The notes below the pieces were generated by a model. It was not told where the DNA came from. It worked only from the letters and a program-made list of their open reading frames with translations, and did no database searches. This document shows positions 26,701-39,960 of a stretch of 64,000 nucleotides of DNA, piece after piece. The DNA comes from Camelus ferus (lineage: Eukaryota): assembly GCF_009834535.1 (NCBI RefSeq), contig NC_045697.1, positions 92,258,001 to 92,322,000 on the forward strand, given 5' to 3'. Position numbers and translations under genes: made by a program. Positions within the stretch are counted from its first letter, which is position 1; the number at the start of each line of letters is the position of its first letter.

Positions 26701-29700
26701 TACATTCTATAAAATTGCTTTTATATTCAGTAGTGTATTATATGTACATATACAACTTTCTTCATTTTTTGGAGAAATTATATTTGAGAATACTATATTG
26801 GGATTTAAAGAGAAAAGGATCTATTTGGTTTCTTTTTTTCTTACATTTGTGTTCTACTATATAAATTACAAATCATGTAGTTTTAATATTAATTTAATGA
26901 AGTTAGTAATTTATGTACATGTACTTAACTTTTGTGTCACCATGATCAAAGCAAAAAGTACTTTAATCTGTCTTACGCAGATAGGAAACAAAGTCATTAA
27001 AATATTACTTTTCTGATTCATCACTATACATATGAGGGCCCAGTTGAAAATATAACAAGTGTTTAATGTTCTTTTGATTTTTAGTATAAAGAAATATAAT
27101 CCAAAATAAAAGTGAGACACCAAATGCCATATTCATTATTTTCCCCTGAAAAATTGCATATTCTAGACAATCATTCATTACTTCTTCTTACTTACTCTTA
27201 AGTAAGAAATGATGACAGTCTATGAGACATACATTCTAAATGTTTCAGTTTCTTTTATCTCATTGTTTTAAAGAAGGTATCAATGTAATACAGGCAATAA
27301 AGCTTCTTTCTTTTCCTTGTTAACTTTGCCCAACTTTTCAGGTCATTTTTTTCAGTCATTTTTCAACTAAGACTCAATCCTAGTTTAACTTTTACCATTT
27401 CTTCAAATAGAAATGTATTTCGTACATTTAATAGAATAAAATTTATTTAATTTTATTTTTGAAATATTTTATAGGCTGATCATAGGATATTATGCACACA
27501 TATCCATGGTTCATAGAAATTGGAAGCACAATATAGATTATCTTAATCATCCTTCTAATTTGATATATAAAGAAAATGAACCCCATAGAGATTAAATGCA
27601 TGGTACATATTTTTGAAGCACTGTTAGATATGAAATTAGGATCCTAGTTTCCCTTTCCTAGTAAAATTCTGTGAAGATTCTAAAGGCACATAGTTGAAAT
27701 AGCTGTCAGTCAACCACAGTGAATGGAATTATGCCAAAGACCTTTAAAGAACCCTCCTGAGTGTTAGAAAATGGTCAGCATCTCTGGCTCTCTATTGAAT
27801 TCTTTTAATTTTTTTTTTTAATGTTGGGTAACACTACAAAACACATCAAGATTTTTCTGAGGTTCATTATTAAGCCTCTCCTACTGCAGCACCTTGTAAA
27901 ATACTTCCAAGTGCTAAACCTACCATCCATTCATCTAAGGTTCTGTAGGCACTTAACTCAAAATTGTAGAGATCATGCCTAATAGCCTACTTGTATGATC
28001 AGCTGATGCATTGCAGATATAGGAGCTCTATGGATAGTACTCTAGGAATGTTATGTCTGGCTGCCTTTTATCTGAATTTATTATGTCTAGCAGTACTATA
28101 CAGAAGTCCATAAAGCAGTATATAACTACCTCAGTTCTGAGATATATATGTCTCATGGGGTATCCACCAGCTGGAATTTCTCCAGTTTTTATTTTGACAC
28201 AAAATGGCCTTAATTGCTTAGGTCTGGCCTCTGAATTGTGGTTGTCTTGGAAATCTAGAAAGCATTGCAGTTTGGTGAACAAATCATGAAAAAGAGAAGT
28301 TTAAAATGGCATTGAATTAAAACAGGATTAATATTAGTATAAAGGTGGTTGAGGGGAGTGGAGCTATAAAGGTCCTTCAGATTTTTCACTTTAACAACCT
28401 ATTTTCAAGGATGGCAAGCCAAGCTGATAAACTTGTCTTTGAACTAAAACCTGGAGAGTTATTACAGGTGTCAGACTGGAAACGGCATTTATTGGCTGCC
28501 TCTGAAAAATATCAGCTTGGTTCCTTTAATGGTAAAAGAGTCAAGTGCCCAGAGTTGGTAGGTCTTGGAAGTTTTTTTAAAAAAATAGAGTATGTGGATC
28601 TACTCTGCTGATGAAATTCTGAGATTTGCACAAACTAAAAAAGTCAGTGTTTCCTAGTTTGTTACAAAATAACAATAAGTGCATATGCATATCAGAGTAT
28701 TGGACTGTAAGGATGGCATATTTTTATAATTCTTTGAAGTGCATTGGTATACTGGAGGACTTATACATATGTGTATTATATTTAATGCTAATAGATTTAA
28801 ATTAAAATGATTGAAATGATCAGTGATACATTTTCCCACAGTTCTCTGTTATAAACCTGTTAATCTAAAATTGATGAGAACTTAAATATCGTAAGACAAA
28901 AAGAAGATAATATAGTCAGTGGATTTCAGAAAAGTGTCTCATAAAACTTCAACTAAATATATTTTCTAAAGTTGCTTCTTTTTAAAACAGTTTCTTGCCA
29001 TGCTGTGCAGCAATGATTGCTGGAAAATTCTTCTTTATGTTCAGTTGTAATTGTATTGTTTGTCCTACCTTACCCTGAGAAGTGACACAAAATGACTTTG
29101 TCCCCTACCACCATTTTGGAGTTATTCTTTTTCAAGTTTGATATTTACTAGCCCTACCACTAAAGGTGACTAGGCAGAAAAAAAAATTGAAATTTGCAGT
29201 TATTTGAGAGGTAAGGCTTGATCCAGTGAACACAGAGTTTGGGATTCTGAATTTACAGCTCTGGGGAATAACTGAACTTTAGAATGACAATGTTAGCTTA
29301 GAAAACAGATCTTATTTAGAACTACCAATGTGCTACACATTAACATTGTGCTCTTCTGAGCCTATTTAACTGTAGCTTCTATTCCCTTATCTGTGAGATG
29401 GGTTCATCATTGTTCATGATAGATATTTTGTGAGATCAAATGAAATAATAGACATAAATTTTTACAAGAAAATCATTCAAAATATGAGCCTGATGAAAGT
29501 TAGTAATAAACTATTATTTTACTCTAAAATAATTGTGTAAAATTCCTTTGAATACAGTTATAGATAAAACCCCATGAAAAATACTAATTCTGCTACTAGT
29601 TAATTCTACTTTTTTTAAAAAGAAAAGTTAGATACCTGCCAAGTGAGATTATACATAAACTACATTGAAGTTACTTTTATTGTTTAAAAGGAAGTGCTTA

Positions 29701-29974
29701 ATTAAGGGTAATTGTATTTAGGTTGTTATATGAAAAACCAAGGAATGCATGTAAGAGCACCTTTTAAAAATTTAGGGGGCCTTTAGATAGACTGAGGAAC
29801 TCCATTAATCAATGCAGATTCAAAAACTGGTCAAAGACTTCCTGTGTACTATATCTGGAATCCTATGAGGTAAGTGCTGATTATTCTAAAGCACAGAGGA
29901 CTCCAGTTACTTGTTCAAAGTTGTTACATAGCTGTTATGTATGAAATGCAAGTTCACCTGACTTTAGAACCTAT

Positions 29975-30280
29975 GCTTTCTGGCTGCTGTGGTTGCATTA
30001 CAAAGCACCCCAGAACTTTACTAGCTTTGAAACAATGATCCCATTGATTTTGCTCACGAGTCTGCAGCTTGGGTGTAGCTCTGCAGATATAGCTTGCCTC
30101 TGCTCTGCATGGTGTCAAGACGCGTTGGCTTGAAGACTAGGTCAATTCAGAGTCAGCTGGGATATCTGGAATCAACTGAATGCTTACTTACTCTTAGGCT
30201 TGATACCTGTACTGTGAAGCCTTGAAAAGCTGAGGACCTCAGTCATGTCTTTTTATCACCAGACAGTATGAATCTCTCCA
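29975..30280 (-). mobile_element. MaLR LTR fragment (MLT1F/H-like)
   Basis: caaagcaccccagaactt...gctcacgagtctgcagcttggg...gcttgcctctgctctgcatggtgtc. Confidence 0.75.
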
Positions 30281-30299
30281 TTTAGATTCATTGATATGA

Positions 30300-30604
30300 A
30301 TGTTGCTGCTCTTCTCCAGAGAACTGCCCTCAGGTGACACTTCACCAATAGTGGCTGATGGAGTTGGGGTACAGGTTGTCCCCAGTGCCTCAAAGGAGGT
30401 AATATTAATGTGAATTATGCCCTAGAGCCCTTCTCCTGAGAATCAGGCCAAGGCTAGACTATAGTTGAAAACACATCCTTGCTTGTATGTTTCCCTGTCC
30501 AGCTTCATTTCCTACAGGTTTCTCCACATGAGGCCTCTCCCAGTTAATCTTGTGTTACCCAATGCCTGTCTTGGGCTCCCCAATAGGAAACTCAGCCTAA
30601 GACA
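30300..30604 (+). mobile_element. ERVL LTR 3' part (LTR16-like)
   Basis: gagaactgccctcag...aatcaggccaaggctagact...ggaaactcagcctaagaca terminus. Confidence 0.75.
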
Positions 30605-32083
30605 GTGTAAAAGTGCATGTAAAAAGATCAAGAAAAAAGTCCTTATTAGAATAAATAAAGCAACCAACAACTTTTCTCATTGTAGCTTTTTAGAGATGTT
30701 ATACTCACTCTTCCCTAGTATTAATTTGGTTCTAGAGATCTACTTATTGGGATTTTCCAAGGTTCTATTAGAACCTGCTCTTCACAATTCTTGATATTGC
30801 TTTTGCCTGGGATCTGTGTGCAAAAATTCCAGGTGCCTGATCATCTCTTTCACAACTTGTCCATGTAAATCGAGTTTTCTTCTAGCATGGGACACAGTAA
30901 AGGAAAAAAAAACTCCCTTACCTATGTCAGCATGATTAACTGTTGTTATCAGAGATTTACACTAAGCATAGACACCTTTCTGTGAACTCTGTACTTTTAC
31001 CTTTAAAATAGAGGCTAAGTTTTTATTATTGTACAATATCAAATAGTATTAGATGATTCAAGACGAATGTGAAACAAAAAGCGAACAGTTTAGAAGTTTT
31101 CTGAATGTGCAGTAGACATTTTATGCATTTATAGGATTTAGAATATATTTCTCAGAACAGGCAAGAAGAAGAGCAAAGTTGAGAGTCAATAGAGATGTAT
31201 ATAATAGCATATAATTCCGTCTATGTTTTACTCTGGGGAAATTTTTAAGTAGAGGAACGTTCTCTTCAAAGGTCTCCTAACTCCTTTTATGCTCTCTCTC
31301 ATTCTAATGTTTATTACATTAGCCTGAACCAGAAAGCCAGTTGCTCCCCAACCCCATGATATTACACATATTCATAGCAAGACACAAGGAAGCACCAGCT
31401 CACTGAATCCCCATTTTTAATCCAACATTGTTATTTCAAACTAACTATTTTCTTCCAGTTGTTAAGAAAAAGGAGTATTTTGTGTAAAATGTATTTTAAA
31501 CCTCAGTTTTCTTAAGGGAGTGAAAGCAAAGTAAGAAAGCTGATGATTAATGACATCCATAAAAACTGAATGACAGTATTTTAATCCTTCAAGTTATACT
31601 CATATTTTAAAACAGTAATTTCTTAACTCACAAAATGAATTTCATCAGTGACAGTATTTTAAATCTCTCAGTTATGTTTGTACTTTGAAGAATGTTTCCT
31701 TAAACCCATAAAGTGGACTAAATCAGAAATTTTACTGGCCAAATTTTTTTTTAATGAAATATTTCCTACTTTTTTTCTTTAAAGATAGAAAGATTTCTGG
31801 GAAAATATGGTGTGGAAGTCAGAGAAGTACAAACTTTTCCTACTGTTTTAAAATAAACACAATTAAATTAAATTAAAATAGTAAAAAAAATTAAACCAGT
31901 AATCCTCAGACATGAAAAGGAGAATAGAGTCATAATTTAATATTGAAAGTGTAGTATGGGAGCAGAAAAATTGGCAGTTAATGAAAGGCACATTATTTAC
32001 TGCTCCAGAAAATAATCTGATGTATGGACAAGATTCCAGTAATTAGAAATAAAAGGGATATGAAAACGAGAATAAAAAGATAC

Positions 32084-32309
32084 AGCATATTTCTCTACGC
32101 CAGTGGAGGAGTGGGATTTGTTTCATAGCAAGTTTGGAGAAATGTGTCCATTATGGAGATGTTTTGGATTGTAACAACTAAGAGAGGAGCACTAGTTGTT
32201 TCTAGTAGTGAGAGACCAATGAAACTGTTAACATCCTGTAAGGCACAGCCCCTGGATAATAAAGAATTATTTGGCTCAAAATATCATAGTGCCAAGGGTG
32301 AGAAATCTG
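32084..32309 (+). mobile_element. hAT-Charlie MITE (MER20-like)
   Basis: ggagatgttttggattgtaacaact...aaagaattatttggctcaaaatatcatagtgccaagggtgagaaatctg. Confidence 0.85.
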
Positions 32310-34433
32310 TTCTAGGCTAAAGCATCTCTCTCCCACTAATGAATAATTATGACCAAGGAAAATTATTACATTCAAAAAAGTAAAAGTCATTAGTATTTGC
32401 TTTCTGTTTTTATTAATTAATTTAGCTACACACCAAATTAGATCCTGAACTATGGAGAATTCACATATGGGATCCTCAAAGTGGGCCAACTTACTTCAAA
32501 AAAGATACTAATTTTATTGTACATTTGGCCCATATCTGCACCTGTTTATCAGAGTATTGCTATTTCCCAGTGTGGGTCGACTTGCCCCTTCATTTCTGTG
32601 CTGGGGGAAGCTTTTCTGAGCAGGCAATTGTATAGCTGTAATAGCCTCAGGGTGGCCCCTTGGAGAATGGCACTGTGTCTTCACAGTACATTTCCTCCCA
32701 AGGTCAGCTTTGCCTCTGTGCTTTTTATTATTGTTCTATCTCCTGTACGGTGGGTATGTGTACATTTGTTTAGGATTCCCCCAGAAGAGTAATATTGGAT
32801 GGCAATTTCTCTCATTTATTTCCTAAATTCTTCCTAATGGTGGTCTTGGTAAGCCCAGCAAATTTTCTAACAGTTGTAAGCAAGTAGCTGTCAGTTTGAG
32901 TGGAGAAACTCCCATGAAGACAGCAGTTAGATTTCCTGGTGCGATCATAATATATTTTTCATAAGAATTGTCTTTGCTATAACACCCAAGAGCTATGGTT
33001 GTTTACTGTAGGCAGGCAGTGTTGCAGTTGTTGTAGAGCCTGCTTGCTTTGAGGGTTAAGTAAAGATTTCAGTTAGTATTGTGTGAAGGTTAGATTGGGA
33101 GGAATTCCCAAGGTGGTTGTAGTGCCTGATTTTTTTAGACAAGTCCTGGCCCAGGTAATATTATGTTGTAGACATTGCCTTCCTTGTATATACTGATTAG
33201 TGGCCAGGGAGGAGGCCCACGGCAGGTTGCCTGTGGCCACTTGATTAGTGTAGTATCTTCCCTCCTCAGTAAATGAGGCTTATACTGGAGAGGCAGAGAG
33301 ATTATTATAATTAATAGGAAACGAGGCTGATATTTGTAACATTGTTGGCAGGGTTTATATTTATCATCATCCCAGGGATCAGAAGGAGCTACAGTTTTAT
33401 CTCTATAATCCTGTATTGTTTGTTGGTATTGACTCTGGCTTACAGGGTTTTTAATTTGATTGCACCATTTGTGAGCTCTGGTTATAATATTGGTTGCATA
33501 CTATCTCAGGGTATTCCTTAATAGAGACTTAGTATGTAGTGGGCCTTTGTTCTATTCATTTGATGGCACTAGTTAATAATAGTGGGTATATCTGATATGA
33601 AGGACAAGTGGCCTGTTGGGTTTAGAAGGCATTTAAGAAACACATATTGTGTCCCAGAGTCTGGCTTTGTGGGAATAGGTGTTGCTAGTACTAGTAAACA
33701 TAGGAGGAAGTGTGCTAGCCTCAGTGTTGATGTAGGTGGTCATGCTAGTGGGATTGACCAACCCAGTTAGCCAACAGCATGGTTCCCATTGTCCCCGGGG
33801 ACAACAGCATGTAGTATGTAGTTTCTAGGCATACCTTGTCAGCAGTACGATGTAAACTACCAGGGCTAAAGTGATACATCAGTGAATGTATGGAAGACAC
33901 TGATGAGAGTGAGAACTTCACAGGTAAGGAAGGGGCACAGCAACAGAGTAGGAGTTAACAGCGGAGACCATCCGTGGCCAGTGGTGGAAGGTCTGATTGT
34001 CCTCAGGGTGTTGCCAGAATGCTGTTACACAGTCCAGGGGTGATTAGTTCCACTTCCTAGGTGTTGGGAGTGGGTACCGGTTTGTTCCATAGTGCTTTTA
34101 GTTGAGCAGAGTATGTGGGCAGAGGTGAGAATGCCTCTCTCTCCAGGTAATTAGGGGTGGTTTGTTCAACTTATGCTGGATGATGAGAGGATGCAGCTAA
34201 GGGTGGTCTCAGTGTTTCAGGATCAAGGGATAAGTGGCTAGGCTTTGGATTTTCTGTGAGAAAAAAGGGAAAGGTGAAAGTACCAGATGATTGTTTCTTT
34301 GCTATGAGCAGCAATGTCAGGGTTCCTATGTCTGTGAAAACTGGTCAGTGGATGTATCTGGTGTGTGTATTAATACCACCCTTTATACTCTCCTCATTTA
34401 TTGTCCATTTAAATATGTTGTAGCTATTCCATC

Positions 34434-34436
<3 letters not shown>

Positions 34437-34464
<28 letters not shown>
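34437..34464. repeat. (TG)n microsatellite inside the ERV
   Basis: Directly visible. Confidence 0.95.
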
Positions 34465-34467
<3 letters not shown>

Positions 34468-34479
34468 AATTTAATGGAA

Positions 34480-36820
34480 TCAGAATTATGAGTAGTATTT
34501 TTTACCATTTGGGGGAGGCTGTCTCTCAGTAGCCCTTGTTTTAAAAGCTCCTTATATCTTTCTTTGATACTTACTACCGTAACATGAAAGGATAGATTTT
34601 TTTAAAAAAAAGCTTTCTATTTTATAATGTCCCTTATTGCATTTATTTAGTGGTGAAGTGGAAGCCTTGATCTGACTGTATGACTTGTGGCATGCCCAAA
34701 GTCTGTAAAGCTGTTTTGGTAACCCCTCAGTATTAGCAGAGATTTGCACCTTACAAATGTGAACTAATAGAAGAGCTTTGTACTGTATCCACCATTGTTA
34801 AAATAGATTTAATGGCTCCTTCTGGGAGATGCCCAGTGAAATCAATTTGCTTGTTCTGATGTGGTCCTTTTCCTTTGTCAGTTTCTCCTCCCATGAAGTA
34901 ATCCTAGTCTGTATTTCTGGCATGTAGTATACTTTCTAATGATGTTGTATTATAAATCGCTCTCTGCTATGTTGGCTCTTCCATTGACAACTCATTTTCA
35001 TAACCTAATGATGCCCCAAAGCCTTGACCTCTCATGCACACCCACCAATAGAAAGGGTATGATGGTCCATCTCAAAGTTTGAAAAAAACTGTCCCTCCTT
35101 CAAGAGGCTTACCTGCTTTGGTGGTTTGGTTACTTTGTTGGCTTTGGCTTTGTATCATGCCTCCTATGTGTCTTGTGTGGTGTGAGCCAAGATATAGGCA
35201 GAGTGAAAGCCAATATAGCAATTCTTTTTCACATCAGTTGACCCAAATGTTTGCCCCTTGTATTTTCCAGCCCTGATTTTGCCAAAATCTCAACTGAGTA
35301 GTTAGCTCATTAGCCACCAACCAGATGTCAGTAAAAATAAGAGTCTTAGAGTATCCCTTGACAAACATTTTCCTATGTCTAGGAATACTGTACAGCCCAT
35401 GGGCACTTTGGCCCATTCCCTGAAATGGAAATTGCAGTGTTTGTAAAGGGGTGATGGGCTATGCATTGTCCACTGTCTGGCTCCCTTGTACCCCTCTTCT
35501 CTCCCTTGTTAAAGAAAGACCTTTTCTTTTCTTATTTTGAGAGTGCTGAATATCCTCCCTCCAGGGCCCACTGAACAAGAGTCACAGGCATTTGTCAAGT
35601 TAACCTCAATGGCAGGGTATGTGGCTACTTCCTCAAGAAGTTGTGAAACTCCAGTAGCGCCTGCTATAGCAAAAATCTGTAGATACCATTTCCATTTTAG
35701 TAAGGACGCTTCTGTTGCTGATCCACTTTTACAGGTACCTTTTTCCATTATCTAATGCATAATGGGAATCTCAGTCCATCGGGTAATTGGCTCTGTCCAG
35801 TAAGGGCTTCGGCTTTGATAGTGCCCAGTTCACCACCATGTGTTGCCTCTCTAGTGGTAAAAATACCTTTGGACTGAGTTTGGGAGCCACCTTCACCAAA
35901 AGCCCATAGCTAGGCATTTTCCTGTCCTTTTGACCCTTGCAAGCAAATTTTGGGATGGTAATAGCCTCTGATTATAAATCCTGTCCTCGAGGTACAAACA
36001 GCCTCCTTCAGCTTATGTATGCTGACATTAAGGTTCCACTGAGAAGTGGAAGACTTGTGGATGACTTGCTCGATGAGGGCTGCCAAATTTTAGAGGTGAA
36101 GAGTGGGTTGGTAGTAGAATCCAAATATTCCAGCCAAATGTTGTGAGAGGCTTAACAGCTAGGATTTTGTCTTTTACTTGACTGGGCATAGTTTGCCTTT
36201 CTGAATTCCAGATGTATCCCCAAAATTTAACAGACTGGGAAGGCTTTATACCTTATGCAGGTGTCCATTCCCTCTCAGTGAGGTGTTTATTCACAGTTGT
36301 GATGATCTGGGAGACAGAGTCTTGGTCAGGTCCAGTGAGAAAGGTGTCGTCAGTAGAACACCAAAACCAAGTTTTTGGTGGGTATGTGGGACAAATGTCT
36401 AAGTCTCATCAGCAAATCCCTGTGCAGTTTCAGAGTTATTTAAACAATCACAGAAGGGTGTACTATGGACCCTCAAAGGTAAAGACAAGTTGTGGCTGAC
36501 TCTCCTGTGAATTTTTTGCTGAATAGAACATGTTAGTCAAATCTATAAATCCAAGTCATATACCCATGTTCTTTCGAATGTTATCCATTAAGGTGAAAAT
36601 TGATAGAGATGCTCTAATAAAGGGAACAGCCTCGTTTAACTCTCTATCATCTGCACTTACTCTCCACTCCTGAGAAGTGCTTTAAACACAGGACATACCA
36701 GGAAATTGAATGGTGAGATGGTGAGAATCAGTACCCCTTCTTTAACTAGGCTGTGACAGGCCATAATCCTTCAGTACCTTGCATTAGCTGCTATTGTAAT
36801 ATGTTTACTCACCTGCATTG
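34480..36820 (-). pseudogene. pol: Retroviral pol remnant (RT, RNase H, integrase)
   Basis: RT: LVKEGVLILTISPFN, IDLTNMFYS (~36546-36520), SQPQLVFTFEG, STDD for YxDD (36357-36346), SVKFWGYIW. RNase H: IFTDIWLVANEL...WKIQGANIW. Integrase: QIDFTGHLPEG (~34850-34820), ILTMVDT, GMPQVIQSDQGFHFT (~34697-34653). Many stops and frameshifts. Confidence 0.92.
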
Positions 36821-36899
36821 TAGAGGAAGGTTAACTGGTTCTCACTAGGCAGCCAGCACCTATCATTAGGATAAAGACTTAGACTTATTCTAGAAGGTT

Positions 36900-37200
36900 A
36901 ACTATTGACTGAAGAGGCCCATTCCAATAATGGGAAAAGGGACATTGGGGGCAGGGAGTGGGGAAACAACCAGGATAGAGGCATCTTTTAACAAAACTGG
37001 GCCAATTTTAGTAGTTAAACTAGTAATTACCCCTTTAATTTATCCTGCTTCTAAAATATAAAACTGTCATGTCCTGGAGGGTATGAAGAGGTCTTAAAAC
37101 ACAAGTGCTTCCTGGGATTAGGGAGATTTGAGCGCTCATGTCCAACAGAACCAGCCAGTGTTGTTTCTACCCCCCCAAAACCCCACCCAAGGCAGTAGAA
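36900..37200 (-). pseudogene. pro: Retroviral aspartic protease remnant
   Basis: 37148-37110 translates LLDMSAQISLIPG (cf. LLDTGAQISLIP). Downstream PIIGMGLFSQ matches the C-terminal I-G-x-D-L motif. Confidence 0.85.
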
Positions 37201-37639
37201 ATAAAAGTGTTGTTTCTTTTTTGGAGCCCAGACTACATTTAATATGGTCAAAGGGTGACTGTCTGCTAGAAGGGGCCTCTTCAGAGACTTCTGGATCCCT
37301 ATGTGGGGGTGGGTCCCTGCCCCTGGCAAAACCAGGGACAGGCCCTGAAGGTAGGGCTGTCTCTGAGGCAGACACCTGCCATGGATTGTAGTCTCACTGT
37401 ATTATTCCATTGTTTTACCAAAGATTATCCAATTTGGGAATCTGGGGTCCTGCCCTCCTTGAGTCTACACAGGGAGAAGTAGAGGAACTGCTCTACTTGG
37501 GGGCTGGGGAGAAGGGAGGAAAGAGGGAAAGAGTGTAACCACATTACAATCTTCCTTAAACCCCCAGGGCGGAATTGGTGAAGTGTTCTTTGAGCCCTGG
37601 GAAGGATGATTATTTGAACACAACTGAAATTATTAGGAT

Positions 37640-38800
37640 GAAAAAGAATGTTAGGTTGAAAATACCACTTATGGTGGCAAACATTAATGTCTTTTGTATT
37701 AGTAAAAATACCCTAGAAAATCCAGTAAATCTAAGACCATTTTAAAAACATAGAAAGTTGTCAATAAGCTATTGGCCAAAGAAACAGTAAATGCAGGTAG
37801 TTTACCAGATGAATGACTTTAAACCTTTAAGGAGTAGATTTCAGAGACAGAAAGAAAAGCTCTCAGGTTCTTTTTATAAAGCCATCATGATACTGAGAGA
37901 AATATCTGTCAAAGGATAATACACCAAAATAGCTATCTAACTAAGTAGGCTACTGTTATTTATGAATATCATTGAAAAATTACTTAATACACTTTTATAA
38001 AAAGAATTCTATAGCATATTAATAGAGTATTAACATACCTATGATACAGCAGATTATGACAGCCATGCATGGATGGTTCAATGTTATACAATCTGTATAT
38101 CAACAATGTTATTAACTCAAAAGGTGAGATTATCTGATTAGTTCAACAATCAAAGGGAAGGTAGGGTTGTAGGGTTTGTTATCCTTGCTGATGACATGGT
38201 AGTAAAGCTGGATAGCATGAAAAAGTAAGTAAAAGAATGATACAATAAAAAATTTAGTGAGGTTACTGATTGTAAATAGTATGTGAAGTTCATACCTCAT
38301 CCTAAATAAGAAATAACAGAATATACAGTTAGTTGACCCTTGAACGACATGGGTTTGAACTGCATAGGTCCACCATACTCGAAATTTTTTCAGTAGTAGA
38401 TGCTCCAGTACCACACAATCTGTGATTGGCTGAATCCCAGGATGTGGAACTGCAGCTGTGAAGGAAACTGTATGTAGAGGAATTGCATGAAAGGAGAGTT
38501 GACTATAAATTATATATGAATTTGCTCTGTGGAGGGGTAGGTGCCCCTGACCCTCATGTTCATGTAATACTGGTTAAATCAATATGCTGACTACCAAACT
38601 GACTAAAATATTTTGTGGTGCTGTGATTTTAATAAAATTTCATTTAATTTTATCCAAATATAAATATACTAAACAAGTATTAAAAAAAGGTGATAGGGGA
38701 GGGGACTAACCTTACAGATATTAGAATATGGAAAATTTATGTAACCAAACATATATGAAATTATATAAAAATATGATTAAAACAGCATAGAACTGCAAAG
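37640..38800 (+). mobile_element. Very old L1 ORF2 fragments (L1M-type), interrupted by a Tigger MITE
   Basis: gcatggatggttcaatgt; gggggactaaccttacagatatt. Patchy similarity only. Confidence 0.5.
38331..38565. mobile_element. Tigger2/MER8-family MITE
   Basis: agttgacccttgaacgacatgggtttgaactgcataggtccac...ggggtaggtgcccctgaccctcatgttc. Confidence 0.85.
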
Positions 38801-39199
38801 AATGGATGAGCGTTCTCTGGGGGGAAAAAGTAGGCATTAGAGAGGTGAATATAAGGGTACTTAGAAAAAAGGGAGCCGAACCAACCCAGTGACCCCAGTA
38901 CAGGGAATGTGGCTAGAGAGGAGAGGACCAGAATATGCAGTACATTGAAAGCACTGTTCAAGGTCTTATCCTGAGAAGAATGTGAAGTCACTGAGATAGT
39001 TTAACAGAGATATGATCAGAATTTGCTCTGAAAAATCTTAGCCTTCGTATCACTTAGTATGAGAAATAAATATGGGTAAATTAAGACAAAAAATTGACAA
39101 GAAGTCCTAGAAGTTTAAAAGGATTGTATATTTTTGAATAATTATTTGTTTGAGAAAAGTCTTGCTATTACATTCAAATAAGGAATACAAGTGAATTGA

Positions 39200-39960
39200 G
39201 CATAGGATTTTTTTATTTGAGTACTCTTTGGAAGTTGTTCTTTTTTGGCATTTGATATAGTGAGAACGTTTTAAATATATACATTTTTTGTTCATGTATA
39301 GATAATCTGTGTTGTTTTTAAACATGGATGTTTGTAATATGTGATTTCAGAGTTATAAAGTAAAATTTTTACCAGAGTATATCCAGTATGGATGTCTTTT
39401 TAGCTATTTTTCCAAATACATGTTTAACATTCTTGATTTTCAGACTTAGACTAATGTTAGATTAGAAAACTTCTATTATTTTAGAACGTTATATCTTCTT
39501 TATAGTTTTTTTAATCTATGGGTCATCTTCTTTAATTACTAAATACAATTTTTAAATTATTTTATTTGTTTCATATTTTTCCTGTTTTCTTATTTTGGGG
39601 TCTTACTATTTGAATTTTCTACAATTTATAGCCTGCTACTTTACTTACTCATGGAAATCTGATTTAATTGTTGTTTACTTTGGTTTTCATTTTAATGGAA
39701 TCATCTTGACTTAATTTGTTATACATATTGACTTGTTATAATCTATCACTTTTTCTTTTATAGAAAACATAAAGCTTTTCTATCGATCTCTTTTAAAAAA
39801 CTGTTATTAGGTAAGATTAGTTTATTCCAAATATTTGGCTCATTACTTCTCTGTTCCTCTGTAGCAGTGTTTTTTAAAGTGTCCTTTGTTAAATATTGTC
39901 TATTTCTCTATTTCAATTTCCTATATGCTCTTAGGAAAATTATTCTTTTTAGATTCTCTG
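39200..39960 (-). mobile_element. Ancient L1ME/HAL1-like fragment
   Basis: T-rich strand with ccagtatggatgtcttttt...ttttcc...tttcagact. Confidence 0.45.

Larger units (their letters stand above)
32560..37620 (-). mobile_element. Degraded class III (ERV-L/ERV-S-like) ERV internal region: pro-pol plus 3' region; no LTRs seen
   Basis: Collinear minus-strand protease, RT, RNase H and integrase motifs in a block more GC-rich than its flanks. Outer boundaries are approximate. Confidence 0.9.

Noticed and set aside
30300..30604. LTR16-like piece as the 3' LTR of the 32.5-37.6 kb ERV
   Set aside because: Opposite orientation and ~2 kb away, with unrelated sequence and a MER20 in between.
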